NCBI GenBank assembly: GCA_964545795.1
Contig: CAZJGC010000003.1
Span: 738 to 64,737, forward strand
DNA length: 64,000 nucleotides
Direction of reading: 5' to 3'
Source of the DNA: an uncultured archaeon
GTDB lineage: Archaea > Aenigmatarchaeota > Aenigmatarchaeia > Aenigmatarchaeales > DAIDAN01
The notes under the pieces are model-generated. The model did no database searches. It saw only the letters and a list, made by a program, of their open reading frames with translations, and was not told the DNA's origin. Positions 26,933-35,688 of this stretch are shown here, one piece after another (within the stretch, counting starts at the first letter, position 1; the number at the start of each line of letters is the position of its first letter). A program made the position numbers and the translations under genes.

Positions 26933-28036
26933 ATGATAGAAGACAAATTTGATGACTATGAAGAAAGCGTGAAACAATGGTTTCTAAAATTAAACTGGAA
27001 TGAGAACCCATTTACATTTAAAATATCTCCTGATATGTTTACTGGTTATGAAGTTCAGATAAAAGCTATTTTAAAGCATATATCAGAACAGCATAAAATA
27101 GCCATTCTTACAGGACCTACTGGCGCAGGAAAGACAACTATGCTAAAATGGACAGAAGCAAAACTGAAAGATGATAAAATAAAAATGATGTATTTGTCAA
27201 AACCCCCTTCTGACCCAAGCGAATTTGTGCGGATATTCACTAACTTTTTTGGAAGAAGCATTATTGAGAGAATTTTTATGAAAGAGGTAACAATTTTTAA
27301 TTTAAGCGATTATATAAACAGAAAACTTGGCAGCAGACATCTTGTTCTTTTGGTTGATGAAGCGCATGAAACAAACAAAAATGTTCTTGAATGGTTGCGA
27401 ATTCTTGTTGACCAAATAGAGAATGTTTCAATGGTTCTTGCAGGGTTGCCTTTGCTTGAGGATAAAATAAAAAACAAACTTGAGACACTTGACCAGAGAA
27501 TTACCACAAGAATAAAACTCACATCTCTTAATATGGCAGAAACAAGAGAACTTATTAGGAGAAGAATAGAATCTGTTGGCGGCGAAGATATAAAACCGTT
27601 TACTGAAGAGTCTGTTTCGCAGATTTTCAGAAAGACAGGAGGGTTTCCAAGAGAGGTAATAAAGTTATGCGACAAACTTGTGAATGATGCAATAGAGAAG
27701 AATGTTTATGAAATAACTGCTGATAACATTTCTGAATATAAGGAAATAAGCGAAGAACCTGTTTCCAAGTCGGTTCAACCAAAATTCTCTTTGAAGGAAC
27801 TTCCATACAAACAGAGGAAAGTATTGGAAATATTGTCTGATAGCGATTGGCTTACTCCGTCAGAGGTTGCAGAAAGACTTGGCGGTTCTTATAAGTCTGA
27901 GTATCATGCAATCCGTTCCATGAACAATATTCTTAAGAGGCTTATGAAGTGCGGATTTGTAGAAAGAGAAACAAAAGGCAAAACATTTATCTATAAACTT
28001 ACACCAAAAATTAAAACACTTTTGGTGGAGGCGTGA
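26933..28036 (+). CDS. ExeA/GspA-like AAA+ ATPase (AAA_22-type) with C-terminal winged-helix domain
   Basis: NPFTFKISPDMF N-terminal ExeA-type motif, Walker A GPTGAGKTT, Walker B LLVDEAHE, and a C-terminal wH (LTPSEVAERLGG...GFVERETKGKTFIYKLT). The likely start is the ATG at 26933 rather than the track GTG at 26924. Confidence 0.55.
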   Translation: MIEDKFDDYEESVKQWFLKLNWNENPFTFKISPDMFTGYEVQIKAILKHISEQHKIAILTGPTGAGKTTMLKWTEAKLKDDKIKMMYLSKPPSDPSEFVRIFTNFFGRSIIERIFMKEVTIFNLSDYINRKLGSRHLVLLVDEAHETNKNVLEWLRILVDQIENVSMVLAGLPLLEDKIKNKLETLDQRITTRIKLTSLNMAETRELIRRRIESVGGEDIKPFTEESVSQIFRKTGGFPREVIKLCDKLVNDAIEKNVYEITADNISEYKEISEEPVSKSVQPKFSLKELPYKQRKVLEILSDSDWLTPSEVAERLGGSYKSEYHAIRSMNNILKRLMKCGFVERETKGKTFIYKLTPKIKTLLVEA

Positions 28037-28042
28037 TAAATT

Positions 28043-28600
28043 TTGTTGGTTATTTCTATTGTTGGAATGCCGGGTTCAGGAAAAACTACAGTGGCAAAAA
28101 TAATCAAACAAGAGTTTAATGCATATATGTACAGCAGCGGAGATGTTATAAGGGATGAAATAAAAAGGCGTGGATTAAGATATACAAAAGAAAATGACAA
28201 GAAAGTTTCGGAATGGTTTCATAACGGCAGAGAGAATCTTATTGTCAAAAGGGTTGTGAGTAAAATAAAGAAATCTAAAAAAGATATTGTTGTTGTAGAA
28301 GGTTTGATAACAGAATCAGAGGAAAAATATCTTGAAAAATTGTTTGATGTCGTGCTTATATCTGTTAAAGCCCCAGCGAGAATTAGGCATAAAAGAATAA
28401 TGGAAAGAAAAAGGTTTGGTTCTCAGACAAGCCGCGAATATATACTGAAAAGAGACAGGCGTGAAAAGAGTATGGGTATTGAAAAACTGATAAAACATGC
28501 AAAATATACAATTAACAACAACTCTTCTGAAAAAGAACTTAGAAAGAAGGTAGTTGAAGTTGTGAATAAAATATTAGAACAGAGAGCAAAGAAAGTTTAA
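28043..28600 (+). CDS. P-loop nucleotide kinase, UPF0200/dephospho-CoA-kinase-like
   Basis: IVGMPGSGKTT Walker A at the extreme N-terminus; 185 aa. Confidence 0.5.
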   Translation: MLVISIVGMPGSGKTTVAKIIKQEFNAYMYSSGDVIRDEIKRRGLRYTKENDKKVSEWFHNGRENLIVKRVVSKIKKSKKDIVVVEGLITESEEKYLEKLFDVVLISVKAPARIRHKRIMERKRFGSQTSREYILKRDRREKSMGIEKLIKHAKYTINNNSSEKELRKKVVEVVNKILEQRAKKV

Positions 28601-28644
28601 ATATTTAAATACTTATTAGAATAAATAAATTAAGAGGTGGTTTA

Positions 28645-28905
28645 ATGGAGCAGAGAGTTCGTGGAAGAGATTTAATAGGAAAAGTTGTTGTATCCGAGGA
28701 AACAGGCAGAAAGTTTGGAAATGTTGGTGATGTTAATTTTATAACAGAAAGCGGAGAACTCATGAATATAATAATTACAAATCAGACAAAGCACGCTGCT
28801 GATTTGCAATTAACAGAAGATGAGAAAGGAAGATTAATGATACCTTTTTCTGCAGTTCGTTCTGTTGGAGATTTTGTAATAATTGCTGAAAAAGACATTG
28901 TTTAA
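28645..28905 (+). CDS. PRC-barrel domain protein
   Basis: RDLIGKVVVSEETGRKFGNVGDV pattern. Confidence 0.55.
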   Translation: MEQRVRGRDLIGKVVVSEETGRKFGNVGDVNFITESGELMNIIITNQTKHAADLQLTEDEKGRLMIPFSAVRSVGDFVIIAEKDIV

Positions 28906-29066
28906 GTTCTTGATGTGAATTTTAATATTATTTATTATTATATTCCACCGCAAGGCAAATCTACGTTTGTGTTTGCCAAGAATATGGTTGAACTTGCAAT
29001 TATAATTTTGCTTTCTGCGCCTACTGCAGCAGTTTTTATTTTGTCAAAAAATAAATTCTGAAATTT

Positions 29067-30038
29067 CTAAGGGTCTCTTATTCCTTCCGGTTCAACTGCA
29101 AACACAGCTTCGCCTTCAGGCAGATAAGGCGAGTCTATAAGCCTTGCTATTCTTGTGCTTCCTTTGCTTTTTCTGAGGTAAACCCTGAATGTTGCCTGAT
29201 GCCCTACAATATGCCCCCCTATAGGAACTGTCGGGTCTCCGAAGAGCATGTCAGGTTTTGACATTACCTGGTTTGTAACATAAACTGCTATGTTGTAAAC
29301 ATCAGCAAGCCTTTGCAGTGTATGCAAATGCCTGTTTAGTTTTTGCTGTCTTGTTGCAAGTTCGCCTCTGCCTGAAAAATCAGACCTGAAATGAGACATC
29401 AAACTATCCACAACAATAATTTTTATGTTTTTTTCTTTTATTAAGTCGGAAGCTTTTTCTGCAAGCACAACTTGATGGTCGGAGTTGTAAGCCCTTGCAA
29501 CATAAATATTTTCCAGAACAGTGTCAGGGTCAAGATTTAAGCCTTCTGCTATTTGCCTTATTCTCTCAGGTCTGAATGTGTTTTCAGTGTCTATTATTAA
29601 TGCAGAACCTTCAAGCCCTCCCTGTTCTTTAGGGAGTTGCGCAGTTACAAGCAATTGAAAACCAACCTGCGACTTTCCTGAGCCGAATGCTCCATAGAAT
29701 TCTGTTATTGCCTGAGTTTCTATTCCTCCTCCAAGAAGTTCATCAAGATTTTTGCTGCCTGTTGTAATTTTTGTAATCTGTTTTCTTTTTTCAAAAACCT
29801 TTGCAGCGCTCTCATATCCCATATCAAGGGCGCTTCTTGATGCTTCAATAATCTTTTTTGCAGTAGCTTCTCCTATGTCTGCTGCATCTGCAAGTTCTGA
29901 TGGTGATGCTGCTGCTATTGCCATAAAGTCAATATAACCTGCTTCTTTAAGTTTCTCAGCTGTTTTTTCGCCGACTCCCGGCAGGTCAGATATTGTTTCC
30001 ATGCTTCTTCTTTTTTCAATTTCTTCATCAACGCTCAT
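29067..30038 (-). CDS. radA: RadA recombinase
   Basis: N-terminal HhH ([12 protein letters not shown]), Walker [10 protein letters not shown], Walker B KIIVVDS. Confidence 0.95.
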   Translation of the reverse strand: MSVDEEIEKRRSMETISDLPGVGEKTAEKLKEAGYIDFMAIAAASPSELADAADIGEATAKKIIEASRSALDMGYESAAKVFEKRKQITKITTGSKNLDELLGGGIETQAITEFYGAFGSGKSQVGFQLLVTAQLPKEQGGLEGSALIIDTENTFRPERIRQIAEGLNLDPDTVLENIYVARAYNSDHQVVLAEKASDLIKEKNIKIIVVDSLMSHFRSDFSGRGELATRQQKLNRHLHTLQRLADVYNIAVYVTNQVMSKPDMLFGDPTVPIGGHIVGHQATFRVYLRKSKGSTRIARLIDSPYLPEGEAVFAVEPEGIRDP

Positions 30039-30041
30039 TAC

Positions 30042-30983
30042 TTACACCCCTTTTAGTTGTTCAATAATCTTTTTTGATTCATATACAGGATCTGCTTTTT
30101 TGAAGTCATTTATTATAATTTCGTTTCTTTCAAACATCTGATTTCTTCTTACGTTGCCTGTGAATATAAATTCTGTTCCTAATATGTCTGTTAATGAAGG
30201 CTTGGATGAAGTCAATTCTTCTGCTTTAAAGCCTATAAATTTTTCTGCAATGTCTCTAAAGAATACAGCCCGCATATTTCCATATCCGTCGTCTATGACA
30301 GAAGAAGCAACCACTGTTTTTTTAGGTTCAACTTCTCCATGTTCAGTGCATTTCTTTTCTTTTATTGATTTGTTGCATTGTGGGCATACATCATAAAAAA
30401 CAGGTTCAAACATCTGAAGCACTGCCGCGCGTATTGTGCATGAACTTCCGTGCTTTAATTCTGATATATTTGTTTCAATAATTTTTTCTTCAAATTTCAC
30501 AGGCTCTTCATCAACCTGTTTTATTTTTCCATCTTTGCCAAGCCTTATTTCCACTCCACTCATTTTGTCTTCTCTTGTATATGCTCCGCTTATTTCAATA
30601 ACACTATTTTCTTTTATGTCTTTTGCAAGTTCAATCTGCTCGTCCCATAAAGACATTCTTATTTCTCCTGTTTTGTCAGCAAGAAAGAGGTTTAATACTT
30701 TTCCTTCTTTTCCATCTCTTTCAAAAGTTCTTAATGGCGAAATTTTTGAGACAGTAGCAGTTAGCGTAAGCGCTCTTATTCCAGGTATTATGTTTTTTAT
30801 TTCTATTTTATGATCTGTTTTTTCTATTAGATTCAAACCCAGTTCTTTTGCAACAATATATGCTGCGCCTTCTTTTGATACAAGATTTGAAAGTTCTGTT
30901 TGTTTGTCAAGAATTTTTTTTGCAATTTCATCTTCGTTGTATCCAGCTTCAACAATTTTTTTCAAAACAGATTCATAGGACAT
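30042..30983 (-). CDS. rpa: replication protein A-like single-stranded DNA-binding protein (OB folds plus zinc ribbon)
   Basis: GKVLNLFLADKTGEIRMSLWDEQ is a canonical RPA OB motif. Zinc ribbon CPQCN...CTEHG. The start was moved to MSYESVL because the track extends 18 codons upstream. Confidence 0.75.
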   Translation of the reverse strand: MSYESVLKKIVEAGYNEDEIAKKILDKQTELSNLVSKEGAAYIVAKELGLNLIEKTDHKIEIKNIIPGIRALTLTATVSKISPLRTFERDGKEGKVLNLFLADKTGEIRMSLWDEQIELAKDIKENSVIEISGAYTREDKMSGVEIRLGKDGKIKQVDEEPVKFEEKIIETNISELKHGSSCTIRAAVLQMFEPVFYDVCPQCNKSIKEKKCTEHGEVEPKKTVVASSVIDDGYGNMRAVFFRDIAEKFIGFKAEELTSSKPSLTDILGTEFIFTGNVRRNQMFERNEIIINDFKKADPVYESKKIIEQLKGV

Positions 30984-31063
30984 TAAAACACCGATGCAGT
31001 TTATCTGCAAACACTTCCTCTTTAGTCTAATAATCAATGTTCAGTTATTTATAGTTTTGTATA

Positions 31064-31267
31064 TTACAATATTTTTTTCTTTGCTTCTTTGACGTCTGAC
31101 AGCAACACAGTTTTTCTGTTGTTCTTTTTTGCTATTGCTGCAGATTCTGCTGCAATGTCTGCTATTACTTCTTCAAGGAATTGCGTAAATTCTATTGCAG
31201 CCGAATTGCTTACTCTAAGCCCATGCTTCATCAGAAATTTTTTTATCGGCGCCAATGGTAAGTCCAT
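31064..31267 (-). CDS. archaeal histone (HMf family)
   Basis: 67 aa with the histone-fold pattern PLAPIKKFLMKHGLRVSNSAAIEFTQFLEEV...RKTVLLSDVKEA. Confidence 0.85.
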   Translation of the reverse strand: MDLPLAPIKKFLMKHGLRVSNSAAIEFTQFLEEVIADIAAESAAIAKKNNRKTVLLSDVKEAKKKIL

Positions 31268-31333
31268 GCATGAATATTAAATGGCTGATTTAAATGTTTT
31301 TGCATGCTCAAACAACAATAGTGCAACAGCAAT

Positions 31334-31935
31334 GTGAGAGTTAGCGCTTGAATGCTAACTTTCTTATATTCTCACAAAATGTATTTTTTAACTTTTGATA
31401 AAAACATTTAGACTAACGTAAAATTCAATACTTGCAAAATTATCTGTTCAATTAAACTCTAACAATGCATTAATCCTAACATTTCTTACAATATGTTGTT
31501 TCAGTGGATGTAAAGGCAAACTCTCACATTTCAATTTACTTTTTATGTTTCCGGATAATTTTTATGAAGGAATCACTCACAATAAGTATGTCTAACACTT
31601 AATAACATAGGTTAATCATTTGGGTGAAGTCTCACTTTTCTCTTGCAGCAGAATTATAACAATGTAATATAACATTGTTATTATATGTTGATAATGATTA
31701 ACTCTCACTTTGTTAATTCTATGGAAAAATAATCTGAAATATGTCAAATAACAATATCAATTATCTTTAATCTCACTTTATGCAGTGCAGATTTTAGTTT
31801 AAGGCCTTTCTTTGGTTATGTTAACCCTCTCTTAATGGAAAAATAACGAAATTATTTGCAGAAATCTTCAAAACTCTTGAAAAATGCGCGAATCCTGTTT
31901 TCTTTGCAAAATGCATTAACTCTCACTTTTAATTT
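31334..31935 (+). repeat. dispersed 14-nt motif TTAACTCTCACTTT, about 7 copies and 1 inverted, within an 860-bp gene-free region
   Basis: Exact copies at 31698 and 31916. Variants at 31368, 31518, 31627, 31768 and 31821. Inverted copy at 31334. Hairpins at 31340-31361 and 31655-31680. Confidence 0.7.
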
Positions 31936-32128
31936 TGCGTGGGTTGTTTTATAAAATATATATTATTATTTATATTTTAAGAAATATTTGTAATATAATA
32001 TTTATAATAAAATATATCTTGCAGGATATTTAATAAAAAACATATGACATAAAAAATATATTTTAAAACATAAATAAGAAAACACTAATTTTAAATAGGG
32101 GTAAAGATAATTATGAATAGGTGTTAGT

Positions 32129-32491
32129 GTGAAGAAAGATAATGAAAAGAAAAATATAATTGAAAAAATATTCTTGCATAGCAAACCTGTGCAGATGTTG
32201 ATAAGTCTTAAGAACGAAAGGTCAAAATATACAACGCAGGTTTCAAAAGAAGTTGACTGCACGTATTCTCACACAGTAAAAATTTTGAATATGTTTAAGA
32301 AATTAGGTCTTGTTTCTTTCAGCAAAAAAGGCAGAATAAAGAATGTAAAACTTACAGAGGAAGGGGAAGAGATAGCGCATGAGTTTGAAGGCATTTCAAA
32401 GAAGCTTGCCAGAATTGCTTCGCAACTAAAGGATGATGTTCTTCCCAAGAAGGAAAGCAAAGAAAAATCTAAAGGGTCAAATAAAAAGTAA
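32129..32491 (+). CDS. winged-helix DNA-binding protein (MarR/TrmB-like) with a basic C-terminal tail
   Basis: wH segment QVSKEVDCTYSHTVKILNMFKKLGLVSF. Confidence 0.45.
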   Translation: MKKDNEKKNIIEKIFLHSKPVQMLISLKNERSKYTTQVSKEVDCTYSHTVKILNMFKKLGLVSFSKKGRIKNVKLTEEGEEIAHEFEGISKKLARIASQLKDDVLPKKESKEKSKGSNKK

Positions 32492-32626
32492 CTACTGCTT
32501 TCTTGATATTCTTTTATCAAATCACCAAGGTTATTTGCTCAGAGTGGGTTTTATAAACACCACTTTTATATATGAGTTTTGCCTAAATAAATTTGTTGGG
32601 CTGTTTTAAAAGTAACTATATTTTAG

Positions 32627-32989
32627 GTGAAAAATATGGAAACATTAATGAAATACCTCTATGGCAACCATCCAAAAAGCAAAAAAATAAAGGAACTTGG
32701 CAGAAAAACCCTGGGTATTCTTGTTAAAAACGGGCAAATAGAGCATCTGGAACTGGCTAAGCAGATTGGCGTTAAATTTGAGAAATGGAAAGGTTATGAG
32801 AAGCCTGTCAAAACTTTTTATTCTGTTGTTAATCCGTTAAAAGAGATGCAATTAATAGAATCTATTAAGAGAAAAGAGGGAAAAAAGTTCAAAACAATAT
32901 ATGTTTATACGCCTGACAAATTTGCTGCGAACATGAAAAATTTTGTGAAAATGACAATTGAATTTCTAGAGACAATGAAAGCCAAATAA
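32627..32989 (+). CDS. hypothetical protein, possible wH regulator
   Basis: 120 aa; no strong motif. Confidence 0.35.
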   Translation: MKNMETLMKYLYGNHPKSKKIKELGRKTLGILVKNGQIEHLELAKQIGVKFEKWKGYEKPVKTFYSVVNPLKEMQLIESIKRKEGKKFKTIYVYTPDKFAANMKNFVKMTIEFLETMKAK

Positions 32990-33258
32990 ATTAAGGTTGT
33001 TTTTAACTAAATATAGATTCTATTAGATAAATTTTATAATATATTTCCTTTTATATATTATGTATTATATTTATTAATAAATATAATTTATAATATATCT
33101 AATATAATAGGTATATTAAATAATATATTTTATAAAATATAATAAAAATGGAAAAAGTCACACAAAAAAAGTGAGAGTTCATGGGATTTGTATAGGAAAA
33201 GATAGAAAAATTGGCGAAATACTCGCAAAAATGGCAAAATCTGACAAAATTGCTAAAA

Positions 33259-33411
33259 TTAGAAGAATATTTTTTTCTCTTTTCTTTTTGCTGATTTAAG
33301 AGAAGTGTGGCATTTCTTGCATTTAAGTATTCTTTCTTTTCCAATTTTTATGTAACCTATGTTTTTGTTGGTTAATTTTGCGTTGCAGATATCGCATCTA
33401 AGATTAACCAT
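33259..33411 (-). CDS. small Cys4 zinc-ribbon protein with a basic tail (50 aa); not in the ORF track
   Basis: Manual translation gives MVNLRCDICNAKLTNKNIGYIKIGKERILKCKKCHTSLKSAKRKEKKIFF. The Cys spacing is C-x2-C-x21-C-x2-C. Confidence 0.3.
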   Translation of the reverse strand: MVNLRCDICNAKLTNKNIGYIKIGKERILKCKKCHTSLKSAKRKEKKIFF

Positions 33412-33487
33412 AACACCACTAAACTTAATTGTATTTTCTATATTTAAGTATAACTATTTTATATGTTTTTCTTAATTAAATAAATGT

Positions 33488-34081
33488 ATGCATGATTTTA
33501 ATGGTATGGAAAAGATAAAAAATATTCTTGAAATTAAAAATCTAAATTTGCCAATGCCTGAAACAGTTTTTGTTTTTGATTTAAGGAAACAGGAAAAGGA
33601 AATAGAAGAGTTTATTAATGGCAAAGAATTTGTAATGATAAGGTCTGATAAGAAGGGAAACAGAAATAACTGTCCGCATAATTTAAAATGTCATGCAAAC
33701 AATGCAAAAAGTTTTATTGAAAAACTAAACAAAGAAGGGTTTGTGGCAATACTTCAGGAACATGTTCCCTTCAATGCATTTTTTTCTGGGAATGTTCTTT
33801 TGTTGAAAAATAAAATAATAATTGAAGTTATGGAGGGTAGTCCCCTGACACTTATGAACAGGTATGGCAAGGTAGATGAACATTTGCAGATAGAACGGTT
33901 CACAAGAAAGGAAATTAAGCATTACGGAAAAAGGGTTTTAACAAGAAATATATTTGAAAAAATCCTTAATCTTGTTGAGTATTTGCCTATTGAGAACAAA
34001 ATTCTTGAGTTTGCTGTTGGACCGGACTGGTTTTATTTCTGGGAGATAAGAGATGACAAAACAGGAAAGATGTTGAAATGA
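33488..34081 (+). CDS. hypothetical protein
   Basis: 197 aa with a non-repetitive composition; no motif recognised. Confidence 0.35.
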   Translation: MHDFNGMEKIKNILEIKNLNLPMPETVFVFDLRKQEKEIEEFINGKEFVMIRSDKKGNRNNCPHNLKCHANNAKSFIEKLNKEGFVAILQEHVPFNAFFSGNVLLLKNKIIIEVMEGSPLTLMNRYGKVDEHLQIERFTRKEIKHYGKRVLTRNIFEKILNLVEYLPIENKILEFAVGPDWFYFWEIRDDKTGKMLK

Positions 34082-34293
34082 TTTCTATTGCGATATATAA
34101 CTTTTAACATTCTTTAACAACTGATAAGCAGAATCAAGCGCATAATAGCCAGCTACAAATGCTCCGATATACAAACTAATTTTGGTTGCTGATTCTGCGG
34201 ATATAATATCTTGAGAATAAAGTCCAAGGTCTGCAAGCAACGACCCTGTTGCAATGTCCCATACAAATTTTCCTTATTCAAGGAAAACCCCTT

Positions 34294-34704
34294 TTATTCT
34301 TTATTTAATGATGCATATGGCATCGGAATAGGTGATGGCAGTTGCAGTTCTTCTGTTAACAATAATGACTTTATGAAGCACTTTCTCAGAATTGCATTAA
34401 GCACATTAATATTCACTTCGTCCGGAAGCCTGTTTTCTTTCTTCCATAACTCCAATAACTTTTCATAATCATTATCAATAACATAGACATTGCCTGATAT
34501 TGATATTTCTGCAATTTTTTTGTTCTCATTTTTGTATTCTGTGCTGAAATCAAAATCTATGTTCAGTCCCTTCCTTCCTAACGCAGAAATATCCTGTTCT
34601 TTCACTGAATTTATTTTTGTATTATTGTTTACTTTAAGGTTTTTTATTTCATCTTCGTATTTTTTTGCTACAATATTTTTTATGAACATGCCGACTATTT
34701 GCAT
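34294..34704 (-). CDS. hypothetical protein
   Basis: 136 aa; preferred over the overlapping 34211..34468 (+) ORF because of its length and composition. Confidence 0.35.
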   Translation of the reverse strand: MQIVGMFIKNIVAKKYEDEIKNLKVNNNTKINSVKEQDISALGRKGLNIDFDFSTEYKNENKKIAEISISGNVYVIDNDYEKLLELWKKENRLPDEVNINVLNAILRKCFIKSLLLTEELQLPSPIPMPYASLNKE

Positions 34705-34789
34705 TATATCACCAACATTAATTTTATATTAAAGTATTAATATATGTTATAAGCATTATAAATATAAAAACAGATTTATATGTGATTGT

Positions 34790-35323
34790 ATGACAAAAGT
34801 AATTGTTCTTATTTATGAAGGTTTTGAAGAAATAGAGGCAATGTCTGTAATTGATATTCTAAGAAGAGCCGGTCTTGATGTCACAACAGTTGGTGTTGGC
34901 GGAATTCTTATTACAAGCGGTCATGGTGTAAGAATAAACACTGACACAAGGCTTATAGATTTGAGTGCTGAAAATTATAATGTTCTTGTTATTCCGGGAG
35001 GACCGGGATACAGAAACATTTTAAATAATAATTCTGTTTTAGAACTTGTTGAAGAATTTGGGAAAAAAGGAAAACTTATTGGCGCTATTTGCGCTGCACC
35101 TTTAGTTCTTGCAAAGGCAGGTTTATTAAGAGAGAAGAGAGCAACAGTTTATCCGGGCTTTGAAAAAGAACTTGACATGCCAAGAGGAGACAGAGTTGTG
35201 GTTGATGGAAATATAATAACCTCTCAGGGCCCGGGAACTGCAATAGAATTTGCCTTAAAACTTGTTGAGCAGATATGCGGGCAACAGAAAGCAATGTCCA
35301 TAAGAAGGGAAATTGTTGCTTAA
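34790..35323 (+). CDS. DJ-1/PfpI-family protein
   Basis: GFEEIE N-terminus and nucleophile elbow AICAAP. Confidence 0.85.
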   Translation: MTKVIVLIYEGFEEIEAMSVIDILRRAGLDVTTVGVGGILITSGHGVRINTDTRLIDLSAENYNVLVIPGGPGYRNILNNNSVLELVEEFGKKGKLIGAICAAPLVLAKAGLLREKRATVYPGFEKELDMPRGDRVVVDGNIITSQGPGTAIEFALKLVEQICGQQKAMSIRREIVA

Positions 35324-35545
35324 TTGGGTGATAGAATGCTTACAGAAGCTGAGCAGAAATTGTTGTCTTTAATAGCCGAAAAACAACTTGTCAGAAAGAG
35401 CGATATTTTAAATGGAAATTCTTCAAATATCGCTATATTGCGAAATCTTATTGACAAAGGTTTGGTGCAGTCTATCACGCCTATGGGAGAGAATTGCTTT
35501 GCTTTAACAAAAAAGGGTTCGCGGTTATTAAATGATATTCTGTAG
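35324..35545 (+). CDS. small winged-helix DNA-binding protein
   Basis: 73 aa; helix-turn-helix pattern followed by a beta-hairpin. Confidence 0.4.
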   Translation: MGDRMLTEAEQKLLSLIAEKQLVRKSDILNGNSSNIAILRNLIDKGLVQSITPMGENCFALTKKGSRLLNDIL

Positions 35546-35585
35546 CAGAATGTTTTTATATTTTAAATCCAATTTCTTTTACTAT

Positions 35586-35688
35586 AGCCCCGTAGTCTAG
35601 TGGCCAAGGATTACTGGCTCTGGATATTTAAGAGTTACCAGTAGACCCAGGTTCGAATAATCTTTATAAATTCCTGGCGGGGCTACCA
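35586..35688 (+). tRNA. tRNA-Gln (anticodon CUG) with two introns: 13 nt at 37/38 and a 14-nt insertion in the T-loop (near 59/60). CCA is encoded.
   Basis: Manual cloverleaf: acceptor AGCCCCG/CGGGGCU, anticodon stem ACUGG/CCAGU, anticodon CUG at 35620-35622, T-stem CCAGG/CCUGG with T-loop UUCGAAU. Introns at 35624-35636 and 35659-35672. Confidence 0.65.

Noticed and set aside
25690-26935. NrdR boxes as the explanation for the repeat array
   Set aside because: NrdR operators are paired 16-bp palindromes of a different sequence (ACACnAnATATnTnGTGT-like) spaced about 3 helical turns apart. The observed unit is GTGAAC with an 11-bp period in about 25 copies, and no nrdR gene (ATP-cone plus Zn ribbon, about 150 aa) is adjacent.
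31600-31660. SRP RNA or RNase P RNA in the 860-bp spacer (GGGUGAAG / GCAGCAG-like strings)
   Set aside because: The region is not GC-enriched relative to its surroundings, unlike the three tRNA genes. Neither the P4 AGGAAAGUCC motif nor the SRP helix-8 GGAA/AGCAG pairing context is present.
31268-32128. Possible CRISPR array, suggested by the repeated 14-mer
   Set aside because: The repeat is only 14 nt. Spacing is irregular at 53-150 bp, one copy is inverted, and no cas genes are nearby. This is not CRISPR architecture.
34082-34293. Possible frameshifted extension of the 34294..34704 gene into the 200-bp spacer
   Set aside because: All three minus-strand frames hit stops within about 45 codons with no start codon. 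The spacer was treated as non-coding.
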